From: Auanema rhodensis
Lineage: Eukaryota; Animalia; Nematoda
Reading direction: 5' to 3'
Length of the DNA: 64,000 nucleotides
Assembly: GCA_964057225.1 (NCBI GenBank)
Contig: OZ059897.1
Location: forward strand, 23,047,031 to 23,111,030
Each line of letters starts with the position of its first letter. Within the stretch, counting starts at the first letter, position 1. Of this stretch, positions 11,790 through 25,500 are shown piece after piece. Below the pieces are notes generated by a model. The model was not told the DNA's origin. It searched no databases and saw only the letters and a program-made list of their open reading frames with translations. The position numbers and the translations under genes were made by a program.

Positions 11790-14700
11790 AATATCAATAA
11801 AAATTTGTTTTTAGACTAATATGGACATGGGGAATCTAATTTTGAAAACCGCATCTCTTTATCTTTCACGTGAAGCGAGTTACATACCAAGTGCACATCA
11901 CGTGTAAATTTAATTAGCATAAATTAAAGTTCACGTAAATTTCAAAGTCATGGTTACCATGAAGCAATATCAATAAAAATTTGTTTTTAGACTAATATGG
12001 ACATGTGGAATCTAATTTTGAAAACCGCATCTCTTTATCTTTCACGTGAAGCGAGTTACATACCAAGTGCACATCACGTGTACATTTAATTAGCATAAAT
12101 TAAAGTTCACGTAAATTTCAAAGTCATGGTTACCATGAACCAATATCAATAAAAATTTGTTTTTAGACTAATATGGACATGGGAAATCTAATTTTGAAAA
12201 CCGCATCTCTTTATCTTTCACGTGAAGCGAGTTACATACCAAGTGCACATCACGTGTACATTTAATTAGCATAAATTAAAGTTCACGTAAATTTCAAAGT
12301 CATGGTTACCATGAACCAATATCAATAAAAATTTGTTTTTAGACTAATATGGACATGGGGAATCTAATTTTGAAAACCGCATCTCTTTATCTTTCACGTG
12401 AAGCGAGTTACATACCAAGTGCACATCACGTGTACATTTAATTAGCATATATTAAAGTTCACGTAAATTTCAAAGTCATGGTTACCATGAACCAATATCA
12501 ATAAAAATTTGTTTTTAGACTAATATGGACATGGGGAATCTAATTTTGAAAACCGCATCTCTTTATCTTTCACGTGAAGCGAGTTACATACCAAGTGCAC
12601 ATCACGTGTACATTCAATTAGCATAAATTAAAGTTCACGTAAATTTCAAAGTCATGGTTACCATGAACCAATATCAATAAAAATTTGTTTTTAGACTAAT
12701 ATGGACATGGGGAATCTAATTTTGAAAACCGCATCTCTTTATCTTTCACGTGAAGCGAGTTACATACCAAGTGCACATCACGTGTAAATTTAATTAGCAT
12801 AAATTAAAGTTCACGTAAATTTCAAAGTCATGGTTACCATGAAGCAATATCAATAAAAATTTGTTTTTAGACTAATATGGACATGTGGAATCTAATTTTG
12901 AGAACCGCATCTCTTTATCTTTCACGTGAAGCGAGTTACATACCAAGTGCACATCACGTGTACATTTAATTAGCATAAATTAAAGTTCACGTAAATTTCA
13001 AAGTCATGGTTACCATGAACCAATATCAATAAAAATTTGTTTTTAGACTAATATGGACATGGGGAATCTAATTTTGAAAACCGCATCTCTTTATCTTTCA
13101 CGTGAAGCGAGTTACATACCAAGTGCACATCACGTGTACATTTAATTAGCATAAATTAAAGTTCACGTAAATTTCAAAGTCATGGTTACCATGAACCAAT
13201 ATCAATAAAAATTTGTTTTTAGACTAATATGGACATGGGGAATCTAATTTTGAAAACCGCATCTCTTTATCTTTCACGTGAAGCGAGTTACATACCAAGT
13301 GCACATCACGTGTACATTTAATTAGCATAAATTAAAGTTCACGTAAAATTCAAAGTCATGGTTACCATGCACCAATATCAATAAAAATTTGTTTTTAGAC
13401 TAATATGGACATGTGGAATCTAATTTTGAAAACCGCATCTCTTTATCTTTCACGTGAAGCGAGTTACATACCAAGTGCACATCACGTGTACATTTAATTA
13501 GCATAAATTAAAGTTCACGTAAATTTCAAAGTCATGGTTACCATGCACCAATATCAATAAAAATTTGTTTTTAGACTAATATGGACATGGGGAATCTAAT
13601 TTTGAAAACCGCATCTCTTTATCTTTCACGTGAAGCGAGTTACATACCAAGTGCACATCACGTGTACATTTAATTAGCATAAATTAAAGTTCACGTAAAA
13701 TTCAAAGTCATGGTTACCATGCACCAATATCAATAAAAATTTGTTTTTAGACTAATATGGACATGTGGAATCTAATTTTGAAAACCGCATCTCTTTATCT
13801 TTCACGTGAAGCGAGTTACATACCAAGTGCACATCACGTGTACATTTAATTAGCATAAATTAAAGTTCACGTAAAATTCAAAGTCATGGTTACCATGCAC
13901 CAATATCAATAAAAATTTGTTTTTAGACTAATATGGACATGTGGAATCTAATTTTGAAAACCGCATCTCTTTATCTTTCACGTGAAGCGAGTTACATACC
14001 AAGTGCACATCACGTGTACATTTAATTAGCATAAATTAAAGTTCACGTAAAATTCAAAGTCATGGTTACCATGCACCAATATCAATAAAAATTTGTTTTT
14101 AGACTAATATGGACATGTGGAATCTAATTTTGAAAACCGCATCTCTTTATCTTTCACGTGAAGCGAGTTACATACCAAGTGCACATCACGTGTACATTTA
14201 ATTAGCATAAATTAAAGTTCACGTAAATTTCAAAGTCATGGTTACCATGAACCAATATCAATAAAAATTTGTTTTTAGACTAATATGGACATGGGGAATC
14301 TAATTTTGAAAACCGCATCTCTTTATCTTTCACGTGAAGCGAGTTACATACCAAGTGCACATCACGTGTAAATTTAATTAGCATAAATTAAAGTTCACGT
14401 AAATTTCAAAGTCATGGTTACCATGAAGCAATATCAATAAAAATTTGTTTTTAGACTAATATGGACATGTGGAATCTAATTTTGAAAACCGCATCTCTTT
14501 ATCTTTCACGTGAAGCGAGTTACATACCAAGTGCACATCACGTGTACATTTAATTAGCATAAATTAAAGTTCACGTAAATTTCAAAGTCATGGTTACCAT
14601 GAACCAATATCAATAAAAATTTGTTTTTAGACTAATATGGACATGGGAAATCTAATTTTGAAAACCGCATCTCTTTATCTTTCACGTGAAGCGAGTTACA

Positions 14701-17700
14701 TACCAAGTGCACATCACGTGTACATTTAATTAGCATAAATTAAAGTTCACGTAAATTTCAAAGTCATGGTTACCATGAACCAATATCAATAAAAATTTGT
14801 TTTTAGACTAATATGGACATGGGGAATCTAATTTTGAAAACCGCATCTCTTTATCTTTCACGTGAAGCGAGTTACATACCAAGTGCACATCACGTGTAAA
14901 TTTAATTAGCATAAATTAAAGTTCACGTAAATTTCAAAGTCATGGTTACCATGAAGCAATATCAATAAAAATTTGTTTTTAGACTAATATGGACATGTGG
15001 AATCTAATTTTGAAAACCGCATCTCTTTATCTTTCACGTGAAGCGAGTTACATACCAAGTGCACATCACGTGTACATTTAATTAGCATAAATTAAAGTTC
15101 ACGTAAATTTCAAAGTCATGGTTACCATGAACCAATATCAATAAAAATTTGTTTTTAGACTAATATGGACATGGGAAATCTAATTTTGAAAACCGCATCT
15201 CTTTATCTTTCACGTGAAGCGAGTTACATACCAAGTGCACATCACGTGTACATTTAATTAGCATAAATTAAAGTTCACGTAAATTTCAAAGTCATGGTTA
15301 CCATGAACCAATATCAATAAAAATTTGTTTTTAGACTAATATGGACATGGGGAATCTAATTTTGAAAACCGCATCTCTTTATCTTTCACGTGAAGCGAGT
15401 TACATACCAAGTGCACATCACGTGTACATTTAATTAGCATATATTAAAGTTCACGTAAATTTCAAAGTCATGGTTACCATGAACCAATATCAATAAAAAT
15501 TTGTTTTTAGACTAATATGGACATGGGGAATCTAATTTTGAAAACCGCATCTCTTTATCTTTCACGTGAAGCGAGTTACATACCAAGTGCACATCACGTG
15601 TACATTCAATTAGCATAAATTAAAGTTCACGTAAATTTCAAAGTCATGGTTACCATGAACCAATATCAATAAAAATTTGTTTTTAGACTAATATGGACAT
15701 GGGGAATCTAATTTTGAAAACCGCATCTCTTTATCTTTCACGTGAAGCGAGTTACATACCAAGTGCACATCACGTGTAAATTTAATTAGCATAAATTAAA
15801 GTTCACGTAAATTTCAAAGTCATGGTTACCATGAAGCAATATCAATAAAAATTTGTTTTTAGACTAATATGGACATGTGGAATCTAATTTTGAGAACCGC
15901 ATCTCTTTATCTTTCACGTGAAGCGAGTTACATACCAAGTGCACATCACGTGTACATTTAATTAGCATAAATTAAAGTTCACGTAAATTTCAAAGTCATG
16001 GTTACCATGAACCAATATCAATAAAAATTTGTTTTTAGACTAATATGGACATGGGGAATCTAATTTTGAAAACCGCATCTCTTTATCTTTCACGTGAAGC
16101 GAGTTACATACCAAGTGCACATCACGTGTACATTTAATTAGCATAAATTAAAGTTCACGTAAAATTCAAAGTCATGGTTACCATGCACCAATATCAATAA
16201 AAATTTGTTTTTAGACTAATATGGACATGTGGAATCTAATTTTGAAAACCGCATCTCTTTATCTTTCACGTGAAGCGAGTTACATACCAAGTGCACATCA
16301 CGTGTACATTTAATTAGCATAAATTAAAGTTCACGTAAATTTCAAAGTCATGGTTACCATGAACCAATATCAATAAAAATTTGTTTTTAGACTAATATGG
16401 ACATGGGGAATCTAATTTTGGAAACCGCATCTCTTTATCTTTCACGTGAAGCGAGTTACATACCAAGTGCACATCACGTGTACATTTAATTAGCATAAAT
16501 TAAAGTTCACGTAAATTTCAAAGTCATGGTTACCATGAACCAATATCAATAAAAATTTGTTTTTAGACTAATATGGACATGGGGAATCTAATTTTGAAAA
16601 CCGCATCTCTTTATCTTTCACGTGAAGCGAGTTACATACCAAGTGCACATCACGTGTACATTTAATTAGCATAAATTAAAGTTCACGTAAATTTCAAAGT
16701 CATGGTTACCATGCACCAATAACAATAAAAATTTGTTTTTAGACTAATATGGACATGGGGAATCTAATTTTGAAAACCGCATCTCTTTATCTTTCACGTG
16801 AAGCGAGTTACATACCAAGTGCACATCACGTGTACATTTAATTAGCATAAATTAAAGTTCACGTAAATTTCAAAGTCATGGTTACCATGAACCAATATCA
16901 ATAAAAATTTGTTTTTAGACTAATATGGACATGGGGAATCTAATTTTGAAAACCGCATCTCTTTATCTTTCACGTGAAGCGAGTTACATACCAAGTGCAC
17001 ATCACGTGTACATTTAATTAGCATAAATTAAAGTTCACGTAAATTTCAAAGTCATGGTTACCATGAACCTATATCAATAAAAATTTGTTTTTAGACTAAT
17101 ATGGACATGGGGAATCTAATTTTGAAAACCTCATCTCTTTATCTTTCACGTGAAGCGAGTTACATACCAAGTGCACATCACGTGTACATTTAATTAGCAT
17201 AAATTAAAGTTCACGTAAATTTCAAAGTCATGGTTACCATGCACCAATATCAATAAAAATTTGTTTTTAGACTAATATGGACATGGGGAATCTAATTTTG
17301 AAAACCGCATCTCTTTATCTTTCACGTGAAGCGAGTTACATACCAAGTGCACATCACGTGTACATTTAATTAGCATAAATTAAAGTTCACGTAAATTTCA
17401 AAGTCATGGTTACCATGAACCAATATCAATAAAAATTTGTTTTTAGACTAATATGGACATGGGGAATCTAATTTTGAAAACCGCATCTCTTTATCTTTCA
17501 CGTGAAGCGAGTTACATACCAAGTGCACATCACGTGTACATTTAATTAGCATAAATTAAAGTTCACGTAAATTTCAAAGTCATGGTTACCATGAACCAAT
17601 ATCAATAAAAATTTGTTTTTAGACTAATATGGACATGGGGAATCTAATTTTGAAAACCGCATCTCTTTATCTTTCACGTGAAGCGAGTTACATACCAAGT

Positions 17701-20700
17701 GCACATCACGTGTAAATTTAATTAGCATAAATTAAAGTTCACGTAAATTTCAAAGTCATGGTTACCATGAAGCAATATCAATAAAAATTTGTTTTTAGAC
17801 TAATATGGACATGTGGAATCTAATTTTGAAAACCGCATCTCTTTATCTTTCACGTGAAGCGAGTTACATACCAAGTGCACATCACGTGTACATTTAATTA
17901 GCATAAATTAAAGTTCACGTAAATTTCAAAGTCATGGTTACCATGAACCAATATCAATAAAAATTTGTTTTTAGACTAATATGGACATGGGAAATCTAAT
18001 TTTGAAAACCGCATCTCTTTATCTTTCACGTGAAGCGAGTTACATACCAAGTGCACATCACGTGTACATTTAATTAGCATAAATTAAAGTTCACGTAAAT
18101 TTCAAAGTCATGGTTACCATGAACCAATATCAATAAAAATTTGTTTTTAGACTAATATGGACATGGGGAATCTAATTTTGAAAACCGCATCTCTTTATCT
18201 TTCACGTGAAGCGAGTTACATACCAAGTGCACATCACGTGTACATTTAATTAGCATAAATTAAAGTTCACGTAAATTTCAAAGTCATGGTTACCATGAAC
18301 CAATATCAATAAAAATTTGTTTTTAGACTAATATGGACATGGGGAATCTAATTTTGAAAACCGCATCTCTTTATCTTTCACGTGAAGCGAGTTACATACC
18401 AAGTGCACATCACGTGTACATTTAATTAGCATAAATTAAAGTTCACGTAAATTTCAAAGTCATGGTTACCATGAACCAATATCAATAAAAATTTGTTTTT
18501 AGACTAATATGGACATGGGGAATCTAATTTTGAAAACGGCATCTCTTTATCTTTCACGTGAAGCGAGTTACATACCAAGTGCACATCACGTGTACATTTA
18601 ATTAGCATAAATTAAAGTTCACGTAAATTTCAAAGTCATGGTTACCATGAACCAATATCAATAAAAATTTGTTTTTAGACTAATATGGACATGGGGAATC
18701 TAATTTTGAAAACCGCATCTCTTTATCTTTCACGTGAAGCGAGTTACATACCAAGTGCACATCACGTGTACATTTAATTAGCATAAATTAAAGTTCACGT
18801 AAATTTCAAAGTCATGGTTACCATGAACCAATATCAATAAAAATTTGTTTTTAGACTAATATGGACATGGGGAATCTAATTTTGAAAACCGCATCTCTTT
18901 ATCTTTCACGTGAAGCGAGTTACATACCAAGTGCACATCACGTGTACATTTAATTAGCATAAATTAAAGTTCACGTGAATTTCAAAGTCATGGTTACCAT
19001 GAACCAATATCAATAAAAATTTGTTTTTAGACTAATATGGACATGGGGAATCTAATTTCGAAAACCGCATCTCTTTATCTTTCACGTGAAGCGAGTTACA
19101 TACCAAGTGCACATCACGTGTACATTTAATTAGCATAAATTAAAGTTCACGTGAATTTCAAAGTCATGGTTACCATGAACCAATATCAATAAAAATTTGT
19201 TTTTAGACTAATATGGACATGGGGAATCTAATTTTGAAAACCGCATCTCTTTATCTTTCACGTGAAGCGAGTTACATATCAAGTGCACATCACGTGTACA
19301 TTTAATTAGCATAAATTAAAGTTCACGTAAATTTCAAAGTCATGGTTACCATGAACCTATATCAATAAAAATTTGTTTTTAGACTAATATGGACATGGGG
19401 AATCTAATTTCGAAAACCGCATCTCTTTATCTTTCACGTGAAGCGAGTTACATACCAAGTGCACATCACGTGTACATTTAATTAGCATAAATTAAAGTTC
19501 ACGTAAATTTCAAAGTCATGGTTACCATGAACCAATATCAATAAAAATTTGTTTTTAGACTAATATGGACATGGGGAATCTAATTTTGAAAACCGCATCT
19601 CTTTATCTTTCACGTGAAGCGAGTTACATACCAAGTGCACATCACGTGTACATTTAATTAGCATAAATTAAAGTTCACGTGAATTTCAAAGTCATGGTTA
19701 CCATGAACCAATATCAATAAAAATTTGTTTTTAGACTAATATGGACATGGGGAATCTAATTTTGAAAACCGCATCTCTTTATCTTTCACGTGAAGCGAGT
19801 TACATATCAAGTGCACATCACGTGTACATTTAATTAGCATAAATTAAAGTTCACGTAAATTTCAAAGTCATGGTTACCATGAACCTATATCAATAAAAAT
19901 TTGTTTTTAGACTAATATGGACATGGGGAATCTAATTTTGAAAACCGCATCTCTTTATCTTTCACGTGAAGCGAGTTACATACCAAGTGCACATCACGTG
20001 TACATTTAATTAGCATAAATTAAAGTTCACGTAAATTTCAAAGTCATGGTTACCATGAACCAATATCAATAAAAATTTGTTTTTAGACTAATATGGACAT
20101 GGGGAATCTAATTTTGAAAACCGCATCTCTTTATCTTTCACGTGAAGCGAGTTACATATCAAGTGCACATCACGTGTACATTTAATTAGCATAAATTAAA
20201 GTTCACGTAAATTTCAAAGTCATGGTTACCATGAAGCAATATCAATAAAAATTTGTTTTTAGACTAATATGGACATGGGGAATCTAATTTTGAAAACCGC
20301 ATCTCTTTATCTTTCACGTGAAGCGAGTTACATACCAAGTGCACATCACGTGTACATTTAATTAGCATAAATTAAAGTTCACGTAAATTTCAAAGTCATG
20401 GTTACCATGAACCAATATCAATAAAAATTTGTTTTTAGACTAATATGGACATGGGGAATCTAATTTTGAAAACCGCATCTCTTTATCTTTCACGTGAAGC
20501 GAGTTACATACCAAGTGCACATCACGTGTACATTTAATTAGCATAAATTAAAGTTCACGTAAATTTCAAAGTCATGGTTACCATGAACCAATATCAATAA
20601 AAATTTGTTTTTAGACTAATATGGACATGGGGAATCTAATTTTGAAAACCGCATCTCTTTATCTTTCACGTGAAGCGAGTTACATACCAAGTGCACATCA

Positions 20701-22595
20701 CGTGTACATTTAATTAGCATAAATTAAAGTTCACGTAAAATTCAAAGTCATGGTTACCATGCACCAATATCAATAAAAATTTGTTTTTAGACTAATATGG
20801 ACATGAGGAATCTAATTTTGAAAACCGCATCTCTTTATCTTTCACGTGAAGCGAGTTACATACCAAGTGCACATCACGTGTACATTTAATTAGCATAAAT
20901 TAAAGTTCACGTAAATTTCAAAGTCATGGTTACCATGAACCAATATCAATAAAAATTTGTTTTTAGACTAATATGGACATGGGGAATCTAATTTTGAAAA
21001 CCGCATCTCTTTATCTTTCACGTGAAGCGAGTTACATACCAAGTGCACATCACGTGTACATTTAATTAGCATAAATTAAAGTTCACGTAAATTTCAAAGT
21101 CATGGTTACCATGAACCAATATCAATAAAAATTTGTTTTTAGACTAATATGGACATGGGGAATCTAATTTTGAAAACCGCATCTCTTTATCTTTCACGTG
21201 AAGCGAGTTACATACCAAGTGCACATCACGTGTACATTTAATTAGCATAAATTAAAGTTCACGTAAATTTCAAAGTCATGGTTACCATGAAGCAATATCA
21301 ATAAAAATTTGTTTTTAGACTAATATGGACATGGGGAATCTAATTTTGAAAACCGCATCTCTTTATCTTTCACGTGAAGCGAGTTACATACCAAGTGCAC
21401 ATCACGTGTACATTTAATTAGCATAAATTAAAGTTCACGTAAATTTCAAAGTCATGGTTACCATGAACCAATATCAATAAAAATTTGTTTTTAGACTAAT
21501 ATAGACATGGGGAATCTAATTTTGAAAACCGCATCTCTTTATCTTTCACGTGAAGCGAGTTACATACCAAGTGCACATCACGTGTACATTTAATTAGCAT
21601 AAATTAAAGTTCACGTAAATTTCAAAGTCATGGTTACCATGAAGCAATATCAATAAAAATTTGTTTTTAGACTAATATGGACATGGGGAATCTAATTTTG
21701 AAAACCGCATCTCTTTATCTTTCACGTGAAGCGAGTTACATACCAAGTGCACATCACGTGTACATTTAATTAGCATAAATTAAAGTTCACGTAAATTTCA
21801 AAGTCATGGTTACCATGAACCAATATCAATAAAAATTTGTTTTTAGACTAATATGGACATGGGGAATCTAATTTTGAAAACCGCATCTCTTTATCTTTCA
21901 CGTGAAGCGAGTTACATACCAAGTGCACATCACGTGTACATTTAATTAGCATAAATTAAAGTTCACGTAAATTTCAAAGTCATGGTTACCATGAACCAAT
22001 ATCAATAAAAATTTGTTTTTAGACTAATATGGACATGGGGAATCTAATTTTGAAAACCGCATCTCTTTATCTTTCACGTGAAGCGAGTTACATACCAAGT
22101 GCACATCACGTGTACATTTAATTAGCATAAATTAAAGTTCACGTAAATTTCAAAGTCATGGTTACCATGAACCTATATCAATAAAAATTTGTTTTTAGAC
22201 TAATATGGACATGGGGAATCTAATTTTGAAAACCGCATCTCTTTATCTTTCACGTGAAGCGAGTTACATACCAAGTGCACATCACGTGTACATTTAATTA
22301 GCATAAATTAAAGTTCACGTAAATTTCAAAGTCATGGTTACCATGCACCAATATCAATAAAAATTTGTTTTTAGACTAATATGGACATGGGGAATCTAAT
22401 TTTGAAAACCGCATCTCTTTATCTTTCACGTGAAGCGAGTTACATACCAAGTGCACATCACGTGTACATTTAATTAGCATAAATTAAAGTTCACGTAAAT
22501 TTCAAAGTCATGGTTACCATGAAGCAATATCAATAAAAATTTGTTTTTAGACTAATATGGACATGGGGAATCTAATTTTGAAAACCGCATCTCTT

Positions 22596-25500
22596 TATCT
22601 TTCACGTGAAGCGAGTTACATACCAAGTGCACATCACGTGTACATTTAATTAGCATAAATTAAAGTTCACGTAAATTTCAAAGTCATGGTTACCATGAAC
22701 CAATATCAATAAAAATTTGTTTTTAGACTAATATAGACATGGGGAATCTAATTTTGAAAACCGCATCTCTTTATCTTTCACGTGAAGCGAGTTACATACC
22801 AAGTGCACATCACGTGTACATTTAATTAGCATAAATTAAAGTTCACGTAAATTTCAAAGTCATGGTTACCATGAAGCAATATCAATAAAAATTTGTTTTT
22901 AGACTAATATGGACATGGGGAATCTAATTTTGAAAACCGCATCTCTTTATCTTTCACGTGAAGCGAGTTACATACCAAGTGCACATCACGTGTACATTTA
23001 ATTAGCATAAATTAAAGTTCACGTAAATTTCAAAGTCATGGTTACCATGAACCAATATCAATAAAAATTTGTTTTTAGACTAATATGGACATGGGGAATC
23101 TAATTTTGAAAACCGCATCTCTTTATCTTTCACGTGAAGCGAGTTACATACCAAGTGCACATCACGTGTACATTTAATTAGCATAAATTAAAGTTCACGT
23201 AAATTTCAAAGTCATGGTTACCATGAACCAATATCAATAAAAATTTGTTTTTAGACTAATATGGACATGGGGAATCTAATTTTGAAAACCGCATCTCTTT
23301 ATCTTTCACGTGAAGCGAGTTACATACCAAGTGCACATCACGTGTACATTTAATTAGCATAAATTAAAGTTCACGTAAATTTCAAAGTCATGGTTACCAT
23401 GCACCAATATCAATAAAAATTTGTTTTTAGACTAATATGGACATGGGGAATCTAATTTTAAAAACCGCATCTCTTTATCTTTCACGTGAAGCGAGTTACA
23501 TACCAAGTGCACATCACGTGTACATTTAATTAGCATAAATTAAAGTTCACGTAAATTTCAAAGTCATGGTTACCATGAACCAATATCAATAAAAATTTGT
23601 TTTTAGACTAATATGGACATGGGGAATCTAATTTTGAAAACCGCATCTCTTTATCTTTCACGTGAAGCGAGTTACATACCAAGTGCACATCACGTGTACA
23701 TTTAATTAGCATAAATTAAAGTTCACGTAAATTTCAAAGTCATGGTTACCATGAACCAATATCAATAAAAATTTGTTTTTAGACTAATATGGACATGGGG
23801 AATCTAATTTTGAAAACCGCATCTCTTTATCTTTCACGTGAAGCGAGTTACATACCAAGTGCACATCACGTGTACATTTAATTAGCATAAATTAAAGTTC
23901 ACGTAAATTTCAAAGTCATGGTTACCATGAACCAATATCAATAAAAATTTGTTTTTAGACTAATATGGACATGTGGAATCTAATTTTGAAAACCGCATCT
24001 CTTTATCTTTCACGTGAAGCGAGTTACATACCAAGTGCACATCACGTGTACATTTAATTAGCATAAATTAAAGTTCACGTAAATTTCAAAGTCATGGTTA
24101 CCATGCACCAATATCAATAAAAATTTGTTTTTAGACTAATATGGACATGGGGAATCTAATTTTGAAAACCGCATCTCTTTATCTTTCACGTGAAGCGAGT
24201 TACATACCAAGTGCACATCACGTGTACATTTAATTAGCATAAATTAAAGTTCACGTAAATTTCAAAGTCATGGTTACCATGAACCAATATCAATAAAAAT
24301 TTGTTTTTAGACTAATATGGACATGGGGAATCTAATTTTGAAAACCGCATCTCTTTATCTTTCACGTGAAGCGAGTTACATACCAAGTGCACATCACGTG
24401 TACATTTAATTAGCATAAATTAAAGTTCACGTAAATTTCAAAGTCATGGTTACCATGAACCAATATCAATAAAAATTTGTTTTTAGACTAATATGGACAT
24501 GTGGAATCTAATTTTGAAAACCGCATCTCTTTATCTTTCACGTGAAGCGAGTTACATACCAAGTGCACATCACGTGTACATTTAATTAGCATAAATTAAA
24601 GTTCACGTAAATTTCAAAGTCATGGTTACCATGCACCAATATCAATAAAAATTTGTTTTTAGACTAATATGGACATGGGGAATCTAATTTTGAAAACCGC
24701 ATCTCTTTATCTTTCACGTGAAGCGAGTTACATACCAAGTGCACATCACGTGTACATTTAATTAGCATAAATTAAAGTTCACGTAAATTTCAAAGTCATG
24801 GTTACCATGAACCTATATCAATAAAAATTTGTTTTTAGACTAATATGTACATGTGAAATCTAATTTTGAAAACCGCATCTCTTTATCTTTCACGTGAAGC
24901 GAGTTACATACCAAGTGCACATCACGTGTACATTTAATTAGCATAAATTAAAGTTCACGTAAATTTCAAAGTCATGGTTACCATGCACCAATATCAATAA
25001 AAATTTGTTTTTAGACTAATATGGACATGGGGAATCTAATTTTGAAAACCGCATCTCTTTATCTTTCACGTGAAGCGAGTTACATACCAAGTGCACATCA
25101 CGTGTACATTTAATTAGCATAAATTAAAGTTCACGTAAATTTCAAAGTCATGGTTACCATGAACCTATATCAATAAAAATTTGTTTTTAGACTAATATGG
25201 ACATGGGGAATCTAATTTTGAAAACCGCATCTCTTTATCTTTCACGTGAAGCGAGTTACATACCAAGTGCACATCACGTGTACATTTAATTAGCATAAAT
25301 TAAAGTTCACGTAAATTTCAAAGTCATGGTTACCATGAACCAATATCAATAAAAATTTGTTTTTAGACTAATATGGACATGGGGAATCTAATTTTGAAAA
25401 CTGCATCTCTTTATCTTTCACGTGAAGCGAGTTACATACCAAGTGCACATCACGTGTACATTTAATTAGCATAAATTAAAGTTCACGTAAATTTCAAAGT

